The notes under the pieces: generated by a model
Seen by the model: only the letters and a program-made list of their open reading frames with translations
Database searches by the model: none
Told to the model about the DNA's origin: nothing
NCBI RefSeq assembly: GCF_964355755.1
Contig: NC_092670.1
Coordinates: 27,950,388 to 28,014,387, forward strand
DNA from: Antedon mediterranea
Taxonomy: Eukaryota > Animalia > Echinodermata
DNA length: 64,000 nt
Direction of reading: 5' to 3'
Translations under genes and position numbers: made by a program
Part shown: one piece after another, positions 54,801-64,000 of the stretch
Layout: every line of letters begins with the position of its first letter
Position numbering within the stretch: position 1 is the first letter of the stretch

Positions 54801-57800
54801 AAGTTTTTTCGAAAATCACAAAAGGGTCTAAAATGTCTCAAAATGCGATTTGAAGCTATTCTGTACACTTTGATGTTTTTTTGTTAACAAGTTTTTTCGA
54901 AAGTCACAAAATGGTCTAAAAAGTCTCCAAATGCGATTTGAAGCTATTCTAAGCACTTTGGTGTTTTTATGTTAACAAGTTTTATCGAAAATCACAAAAT
55001 GGTGTAAAACGTCTCCAAATGCGATTTGAAGCTATTCTAAGCACTTTGGTGTTTTTATGTTAACAAGTTTTTTCGAAAATCACAAAATGGTGTAAAACGT
55101 CTCCAAATGCGATTTTAAGCTATTCTAAGCAATTTGGTGTTTTTATGTTAACAAGTTTTTTCGAAAATCACAAAATGGTCTAAAACGTCTCCAAATGCGA
55201 TTTGAAGCTATTCTGTACACTTTGCTGTTTTGTGAGAATAATTTTTGTCGAAATGCTCAAAATGGTCAAAAACGTTTTTAAATACGATATTAAGCTATTT
55301 TGTGCTCTTTGATGTTTTTGTGTGAAAAGTTTTATCGAAATGCTCAAAATGGTCTAAAACGGTTTCTAATGTGATTTTAAGCACTTTGATGTTTTTATGT
55401 TAACAACTTTTTTAGAAAATTACAAAATGGTGTAAAACGTCTCCAAATGCGATTTGAAGCTATTCTAAGCAATTTCGTGTTTTTATGTTAACAAGTTTTT
55501 TCGAAAATCACAAAATGGTCTAAAACGTCTCCAAATGCGATTTGAAGCTATTCTAAGCACTTTTGTGTTTTTATGTTAACAAGTTTTTTCGAAAATCACA
55601 AAATGGTCTAAAATGTCTCCAAATGCGATTTTAAGGTATTCTAAGCACTTTGGTGTTTTTATGTTAACAAGTTTTTTCGAAAATCACAAAATGGTCTAAA
55701 ACGTCTACAAATGCGATTTGAAGCTCTTCTAAGCACTTTGGTGTTTTTATGTTAACAAGTTTTTTCGAAAATCACAAAATGGTATAAAACGTCTCCAAAT
55801 GCGATTTGAAGATTTTCTAAGCACTTTGGTGTTTTTATGTTTACAAGTTTTTTCGAAAATCACAAAATGGTCTAAAACGTCTCCAAATGCGATTTGAAGC
55901 TATTCTGTACACTTTGCTGTTTTGTGTGAATAATTTTGTCAAAATGCTCAAAATGGTCAAAAACGTTTTTAAAAACTATATTAAGCTATTTTGTGTTCTT
56001 TGATGTTTTTGTGTGAAAAGTTTTATCGAAATGCTCAAAATGGTCTAAAACGGTTTCTAATGAAATGATTTTAAGAACTTTGATGTTTTTATGTTAACAA
56101 CTTTTTTAGAAAATCACAAAATGGTCTAAAACGTCTCCAAATGCGATTTGAAGCAATTCTAAGCACTTTGGTGTTTTTATGTTAACAAGTTTTTTCGAAA
56201 ATCACAAAATGGTATAAAACGTCTCCAAATGCGATTTTAAGGTATTCTAAGCACTTTGGTGATTTTATGTTAACAAGTTTTTTCGAAAATCACAAAATGG
56301 TCTAAAACGTCTACAAATGCGATTTGAAGCTATTCTAAGCACTTTGGTGTTTTTATGTTAACAAGTTTTTTCGAAAATCACAAAATGGTATAAAACGTCT
56401 CCAAATGCGATTTTAAGCTATTCTAAGCAATTTGGTGTTTTTATGTTAACAAGTTTTTTCGAAAATCACAAAATGGTCGAAAATGTCACAAAATGCGATT
56501 TGAAGCTATTCTAAGCACTTTGGTGTTATTATGTTAACAAGTTTTTTCGAAAATCACAAATTGGTCTAAAACGTCTCCAAATGCGATTTGAAGCTATTTT
56601 AAGCACTTTGGTGTTTTTGTGTAACCAAGTTTTTTCGAAAATCACAAAAGGGTCTAAAATGTCTCAAAATGCGATTTGAAGCTATTCTGTACACTTTGAT
56701 GTTTTTTTGTTAACAAGTTTTTTCGAAAGTCACAAAATGGTCTAAAACGTCTCCAAATGCGATTTGAAGCTATTCTAAGCACTTTGGTGTTTTTATGTTA
56801 ACAAGTTTTTTCGAAAATCACAAAATGGTGTAAAACGTCTCCAAATGCGATTTGAAGCTATTCTAAGCACTTTGGTGTTTTTATGTTAACAAGTTTTTTC
56901 GAAAATCACAAAATGGTGTAAAACTTCTCCAAATACGATTTTAAGCTATTCTAAGCAATTTGGTGTTTTTATGTTAACAAGTTTTTTCGAAAATCACAAA
57001 ATGGTCTAAAACGTCTCCAAATGCGATTTGAAGCTATTCTGTACACTTTGCTGTTTTGTGTGAATAATTTTTGTTGAAATGCTCAAAATGGTCAAAAACG
57101 TTTTTAAATACTATATTAAGCTATTTTGTGTTCTTTGATGTTTTTGTGTGAAAAGTTTTATCGAAATGCTCAAAATGGTCTAAAACAGTTTCTAATGTGA
57201 TTTTAAGCACTTTGATGTTTTTATGTTAACAACTTTTTTAGAAAATCACAAAATGGTCTAAAACGTCTCCAAATGCGATTTGAAGCAATTCTAAGCACTT
57301 TGGTGCTTTTATGTTAACAAGTTTTTTCGAAAATCACAAAATGGTATAAAACGTCTCCAAATGCGATTTGAAGCAATTCTAAGCACTTTGGTGTTTTTAT
57401 GTTAACAAGTTTTTTCGAAAATCACAAAATTGTATAAAACGTCTCCAAATGCGATTTTAAGGTATTCTAAGCACTTTGGTGTTTTTATGTTAACAAGTTT
57501 TTTCGAAAATCACAAAATGGTCTAAAACGTCTCCAAATGCGATTTGAAGCTATTCTGTACACTTTGCTGTTTTGTGTGAATAATTTTTGTCGAAATGCTC
57601 AAAATGGTCAAAAACGTTTTTAAATACGATATTAAGCTATTTTGTGCTCTTTGATGTTTTTGTGTGAAAAGTTTTATCGAAATGCTCAAAATGGTCTAAA
57701 ACGGTTTCTAATGTGATTTTAAGCACTTTGATGTTTTTATGTTAACAACTTTTTTAGAAAATCACAAAATGGTCTAAAACGTCTCCAAATGCGATTTGAA

Positions 57801-60270
57801 GCAATTCTAAGCACTTTGGTGTTTTTATGGTAACGAGTTTTTTTGAATATCACAAAATGGTCTAAAACGTCTCCAAATGCGATTTGAAGCTATTCTAAGC
57901 ACTTTGGTGTTTTTATGTTAACAAGTTTTTTCGAAAATCACAAAATGGTGTAAAACGTCTCCAAATGCGATTTGAAGCTATTCTAAGCACTTTGGTGTTA
58001 TTATGTTAACAAGTTTTTTCGAAAATCACAAATTGGTCTAAAACGTCTCCAAATGCGATTTGAAGCTATTTTAAGCACTTTGGTGTTTTTGTGTAACCAA
58101 GTTTTTTCGAAAATCACAAAAGGGTCTAAAATGTCTCAAAATGCGATTTGAAGCTTTTCTGTACACTTTGATGTTTTTTTGTTAACATGTCTCAAAATGC
58201 GATTTGAAGCTATTCTGTACACTTTGATGTTTTTTTGTTAACAAGTTTTTTCGAAAGTCACAAAATGGTCTAAAACGTCTCCAAATGCGATTTGAAGCTA
58301 TTCTAAGCACTTTGGTGTTTTTATGTTAACAAGTTTTTTCGAAAATCACAAAATGGTGTAAAACGTCTCCAAATGCGATTTGAAGCTATTCTAAGCACTT
58401 TGGTGTTTTTATGTTAACAAGTTTTTTCGAAAATCACAAAATGGTGTAAAACTTCTCCAAATACGATTTTAAGCTATTCTAAGCAATTTGGTGTTTTTAT
58501 GTTAACAAGTTTTTTCGAAAATCACAAAATGGTCTAAAACGTCTCCAAATGCGATTTGAAGCTATTCTGTACACTTTGCTGTTTTGTGTGAATAATTTTT
58601 GTCAAAATGCTCAAAATGGTCAAAAACGTTTTTAAATACTATATTAAGCTATTTTGTGTTCTTTGATGTTTTTGTGTGAAAAGTTTTATCGAAATGCTCA
58701 AAATGGTCTAAAACGGTTTCTAATGAAATGATTTTAAGAACTTTGATGTTTTTATGTTAACAACTTTTTTAGAAAATCACAAAATGGTCTAAAACGTCTC
58801 CAAATGCGATTTGAAGCAATTCTAAGCACTTTGGTGTTTTTATGTTAACAAGTTTTTTCGAAAATCACAAAATGGTATAAAACGTCTCCAAATGCGATTT
58901 TAAGGTATTCTAAGCACTTTGGTGTTTTTATGTTAACAAGTTTTTTCGAAAATCACAAAATGGTCTAAAACGTCTACAAATGCGATTTGAAGCTATTGTA
59001 AGCACTTTGGTGTTTTTATGTTAACAAGTTTTTTCGAAAATCACAAAATGGTCTAAAACGTCTCCAAATGCGATTTGAAGCTATTCTGTACACTTTGCTG
59101 TTTTGTGTGAATAATTTTTGTCGAAATGCTCAAAGTGGTCAAAAACGTTTTTAAATACGATATTAAGCTATTTTGTGCTCTTTGATGTTTTTGTGTGAAA
59201 AGTTTTATCGAAATGCTCAAAATGGTCTAAAACGGTTTCTAATGTGATTTTAAGCACTTTGATGTTTTTATGTTAACAACTTTTTTAGAAAATCACAAAA
59301 TGGTCTAAAACGTCTCCAAATGCGATTTGAAGTAATTCTAAGCACTTTGGTGTTTTTATGGTAACGAGTTTTTTTGAATATCACAAAATGGTCTAAAATT
59401 TCTCCAAATGCGATTTGAAGCTTTTCTAAGCACTTTAGTGTTTTTATGGTAACGAGTTATTTCGAAAATCACAAAATGGTCTAAAACGTCTCCAAATGCG
59501 ATTTGAAGCTATTCTGTACACTTTGCTGTTTTGTGTGAATATTTTTTGTCAAAATGCTCAAAATGGTCAAAAACGTTTTTTAATACTATATTAAGCTATT
59601 TTGTGCTCTTTGATGTTTTTGTGTGAAAAGTTTTATCGAAATGCTCAAAATGGTCTAAAACGGTTTCTAATGTGATTTTAAGCACTTTGATGTTTTTATG
59701 TTAACAACTTTTTTAGAAAATTACAAAATGGTGTAAAACGTCTCCAAATGCGATTTGAAGCTATTCTAAGCACTTTGGTGTTTTTATGGTAACGAGTTTT
59801 TTTGAATATCACAAAATGGTCTAAAATGTCTCCAAATGCGATTTGAAGCTTTTCTAAGCACTTTGGTGTTTTTATGTTAACAAGTTTTTTCGAAAATCAC
59901 AAAATGGTCTAAAACGTCTCCAAATGTGATTTGAAGCTATTCTAAACACTTTGGTGTTTTTATGTTAACAAGTTTTTTCGAAAATCACAAATTGGTCTAA
60001 AACGTCTCCAAATGCGATTTGAAGCTATTTTAAGCACTTTGGTGTTTTTGTGTAACCAAGTTTTTTCGAAAATCACAAAAGGGTCTAAAATGTCTCAAAA
60101 TGCGATTTGAAGCTATTCTGTACACTTTGATGTTTTTTTTGTTAACAAGTTTTTTCGAAAGTCACAAAATGGTCTAAAACGTCTCCAAATGCGATTTGAA
60201 GCTATTCTAAGCACTTTGGTGTTTTTATGTTAACAAGTTTTTTCGAAAATCACAAAATGGTGTAAAACGT
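51847..60270 (+). repeat. Large higher-order unit X, copy 3 (partial)
   Basis: X markers recur at offset 12,333, then 12,335 after a 2-bp insertion near 53581 (45796/58131, 47247/59582). Colinearity is lost at about 60.0-60.3 kb. Confidence 0.85.
58131..58242 (+). repeat. 56-bp sub-monomer tandem duplication, copy 3
   Basis: The same junction is present, with the second unit starting at 58187. The first unit has a private A>T at 58156. Confidence 0.95.
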
Positions 60271-63200
60271 CTCAAAATGCGATTTTAAGCTATTCTAAGC
60301 AATTTGGTGTTTTTATGTTAACAAGTTTTTTCGAAAATCACAAAATGGTGTAAAACGTCTCCAAATGCGATTTTAAGCTATTCTAAGCAATTGGGTGTTT
60401 TTATGTTAACAAGTTTTTTCGAAAATCACAAAATGGTCTAAAACGTCTCCAAATGCGATTTGAAGCTATTCTGTACACTTTGCTGTTTTGTGAGAATAAT
60501 TTTTGTCGAAATGCTCAAAATGGTCAAAAACGTTTTTAAATACGATATTAAGCTATTTTGTGCTCTTTGATGTTTTTGTGTGAAAAGTTTTATCGAAATG
60601 CTCAAAATGGTCTAAAACGGTTTCTAATGTGATTTTAAGCACTTTGATGTTTTTATGTTAACAACTTTTTTAGAAAATTACAAAATGGTGTAAAACGTCT
60701 CCAAATGCGATTTGAAGCTATTCTAAGCAATTTGGTGTTTTTATGTTAACAAGTTTTTTCGAAAATCACAAAATGGTCTAAAACGTCTCCAAATGCGATT
60801 TGAAGCTATTCTAAGCACTTTTGTGTTTTTATGTTAACAAGTTTTTTCGAAAATCACAAAATGGTCTAAAATGTCTCCAAATGCGATTTTAAGGTATTCT
60901 AAGCCCTTTGGTGTTTTTATGTTAACAAGTTTTTTCGAAAATCACAAAATGGTCGAAACGTCTACAAATGCGATTTGAAGCTATTCTAAGCACTTTGGTG
61001 TTTTTATGTTAACAAGTTTTTTCGAAAATCACAAAATGGTATAAAACGTCTCCAAATGCGATTTGAAGATTTTCTAAGCACTTTGGTGTTTTTATGTTTA
61101 CAAGTTTTTTCGAAAATCACAAAATGGTCTAAAACGTCTCCAAATGCGATTTTAAGGTATTCTAAGCACTTTGGTGTTTTTATGTTAACAAGTTTTTTCG
61201 AAAATCACAAAATGGTCTAAAACGTCTACAAATGCGATTTGAAGCTATTCTAAGCAATTTGGTGTTTTTATGTTAACAAGTTTTTTCGAAAATCACAAAA
61301 TGGTCGAAAATGTCACAAAATGCGATTTTAAGCTATTCTAAGCACTTTGTTGTTTTTATGTTAACAAGTTTTTTTCGAAAATCACAAAATGGTCTAAAAC
61401 GTCTCCAAATGCGATTTGAAGCTATTCTGTACACTTTGCTGTTTTGTGTGAATAATTTTTGTCGAAATGCTCAAAATGGTCAAAAACGTTTTTAAATACG
61501 ATATTAAGCTATTTTGTGCTCTTTGATGTTTTTGTGTGAAAAGTTTTATCGAAATGCTCAAAATGGTCTAAAACGGTTTCTAATGTGATTTTAAGCACTT
61601 TGGTGTTTTTATGTTAACAAGTTTTTTCGAAAATCACAAATTGGTCTAAAACGTCTCCAAATGCGATTTGAAGCTTTTCTAAGCACTTTGGTGTTTTTAT
61701 GTTTACAAGTTTTTTCGAAAATCACAAAATGGTCTAAAACGGCTCCAAATACGATTTGAAGCTATTCTAAGCACTTTGGTGTTTTTATGTTAACAAGTTT
61801 TTTCGAAAATCACAAAATGGTCTAAAACGTCTCCAAATGCGATTTGAAGCTATTCTAAGCACTTTGGTGTTTTTATGTTAACAAGTTTTTTCGAAAATCA
61901 CAAAATGGTGTAAAACGTCTCCAAATGCGATTTGAAGCTATTCTAAGCAATTTTGTGTTTTTATGTTAACAAGTTTTTTCGAAAATCACAAAATGGTCTA
62001 AAACGTCTCCAAATGCGATTTGAAGCTATTCTAAGCACTTTTGTGTTTTTATGTTAACAAGTTTTTTCGAAAATCACAAAATGGTCTAAAATGTCTCAAA
62101 ATGCGATTTGAAGCTATTCTGTACACTTTGCTGTTTTGTGTGAATAATTTTTGTCAAAATGCTCAAAATGGTCAAAAACGTTTTTAAATACTATATTAAG
62201 CTATTTTGTGTTCTTTGATGTTTTTGTGTGAAAAGTTTTTTCGAAATGCTCAAAATGGTCTAAAACGGTTTCTAATGTGATTTTAAGCACTTTGATGTTT
62301 TTATGTTAACAACTTTTTTAGAAAATTACAAAATGGTCTAAAACGTCTCCAAATGCAATTTGAAGCAATTCTAAGCACTTTGGTGTTTTTATGTTAACAA
62401 GTTTTTTCGAAAATCACAAAATGGTCTAAAACGTCTCCAAATGCGATTTGAAGCTATTCTGTACACTTTGCTGTTTTGTGTGAATAATTTTTGTTGAAAT
62501 GCTCAAAATGGTCAAAAACGTTTTTAAATACGATATTAAGCTATTTTGTGCTCTTTGATGTTTTTGTGTGAAAAGTTTTATCGAAATGCTCAAAATGGTC
62601 TAAAACGGTTTCTAATGTGATTTTAAGCACTTTGGTGTTTTTATGTTAACAAGTTTTTTCGAAAATCACAAAATGGTCTAAAACGTCTCCAAATGTGATT
62701 TGAAGCTATTCTAAACACTTTGGTGTTTTTATGTTAACAAGTTTTTTCGAAAATCACAAATTGGTCTAAAACGTCTCCAAATGCGATTTGAAGCTATTTT
62801 AAGCACTTTGGTGTTTTTGTGTAACCAAGTTTTTTCGAAAATCACAAAAGGGTCTAAAATGTCTCAAAATGCGATTTGAAGCTATTCTGTACACTTTGAT
62901 GTTTTTTTGTTAACAAGTTTTTTCGAAAGTCTCAAAATGGTCTAAAAAGTCTCCAAATGCGATTTGAAGCTATTCTAAGCACTTTGGTGTTTTTATGTTA
63001 ACAAGTTTTATCGAAAATCACAAAATGGTGTAAAACGTCTCCAAATGCGATTTGAAGCTATTCTAAGCACTTTGGTGTTTTTATGTTAACAAGTTTTTTC
63101 GAAAATCACAAAATGGTGTAAAACGTCTCCAAATGCGATTTTAAGCTATTCTAAGCAATTTGGTGTTTTTATGTTAACAAGTTTTTTCGAAAATCACAAA

Positions 63201-64000
63201 ATGGTCTAAAACGTCTCCAAATGCGATTTGAAGCTATTCTGTACACTTTGCTGTTTTGTGAGAATAATTTTTGTCGAAATGCTCAAAATGGTCAAAAACG
63301 TTTTTAAATACGATATTAAGCTATTTTGTGCTCTTTGATGTTTTTGTGTGAAAAGTTTTATCGAAATGCTCAAAATGGTCTAAAACGGTTTCTAATGTGA
63401 TTTTAAGCACTTTGATGTTTTTATGTTAACAACTTTTTTAGAAAATTACAAAATGGTGTAAAACGTCTCCAAATGCGATTTGAAGCTATTCTAAGCAATT
63501 TCGTGTTTTTATGTTAACAAGTTTTTTCGAAAATCACAAAATGGTCTAAAACGTCTCCAAATGCGATTTGAAGCTATTCTAAGCACTTTTGTGTTTTTAT
63601 GTTAACAAGTTTTTTCGAAAATCACAAAATGGTCTAAAATGTCTCCAAATGCGATTTTAAGGTATTCTAAGCACTTTGGTGTTTTTATGTTAACAAGTTT
63701 TTTCGAAAATCACAAAATGGTCTAAAACGTCTCCAAATGCGATTTGAAGCTATTCTAAGCACTTTGGTGTTTTTATGTTAACAAGTTTTTTCGAAAATCA
63801 CAAAATGGTGTAAAACTTCTCCAAATACGATTTTAAGCTATTCTAAGCAATTTGGTGTTTTTATGTTAACAAGTTTTTTCGAAAATCACAAAATGGTATA
63901 AAACGTCTCCAAATACGATTTGAAGCAATTCTAAGCACTTTGGTGTTTTTATGTTAACAAGTTTTTTCGAAAATTACAAAATGGTATAAAACGTCTCCAA

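Larger units (their letters stand above)
1..64000 (+). repeat. Tandem satellite DNA array, 88-bp basic monomer with 87-bp and 77/80-bp variant monomers, head-to-tail in one orientation, running off both window ends
   Basis: The monomer start TTG(G/A)TGTTTTT recurs at 1, 89 and 177, and at 1801 and 1889 (88-bp period). The same motifs (GTTAACAAG, TTTTCGAAAATCAC, ATGCGATTTGAAGC) persist to 64000 with no intervening unique sequence. Confidence 0.99.

Noticed and set aside
16028-60270. Large units being purely an assembly duplication artefact
   Set aside because: Each copy has private variants (e.g. near 27880, 33340, 37754, 43690, 53581, 55973 and 57431) plus structured X/Y differences. An artefact is unlikely but not fully excluded without reads.
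61310-61495. 61-aa ORF from the supplied track
   Set aside because: It is simply translated satellite (A-A-B monomers), kept open by chance local variants including an extra T near 61370. There is no gene context or recognisable domain.
1-64000. CRISPR array-like regular periodicity
   Set aside because: There are no unique spacers: the entire unit repeats. No cas genes or leader are present.
1-64000. Tandem tRNA, 5S or snRNA gene cluster (unit size 77-88 bp is tRNA-like)
   Set aside because: There is no cloverleaf or convincing A/B-box arrangement, the sequence is very AT-rich, and frequent T runs would terminate Pol III.
1-64000. Canonical CENP-B box or telomeric repeats
   Set aside because: TTCG is present, but the downstream CGGG of the CENP-B box is not. 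I saw no TTAGGG/TTTAGGG/TTAGG arrays; the single TTTAGG near 27880 is a point variant.
1-64000. Variant order as an information-bearing code or diversity-generating cassette system
   Set aside because: The variant patterns are adequately explained by nested duplication, deletion and conversion. No recombinase, reverse transcriptase or expression site is visible.

Overview
The whole 64 kb window is one uninterrupted, single-orientation, AT-rich tandem satellite array of roughly 740 monomers (estimated from length). It is eukaryotic satellite-like DNA, possibly centromeric or pericentromeric; I cannot assign the organism or a named family. I see no genes, RNA genes, transposon insertions, inversions or unique sequence. 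The major monomer A is 88 bp (consensus TTGGTGTTTTTATGTTAACAAGTTTTTTCGAAAATCACAAAATGGTCTAAAACGTCTCCAAATGCGATTTGAAGCTATTCTAAGCACT). Two diverged relatives, B (87 bp) and C (77 bp, or 80 bp in a sub-variant), always occur as an adjacent B-C pair separated by runs of 2-13 A monomers. Diagnostic variants reveal nested higher-order structure: small units (176, 428, 606, 780, 868 bp) sit inside very large, nearly identical units of 12,333 bp (X) and 11,153 bp (Y), ordered partial Y, X, Y, X, partial X. The single ORF is a by-product of the repeat. The interest of the window lies in satellite architecture and its readable mutational history, not in a coding system. All counts were made by eye and should be confirmed computationally.
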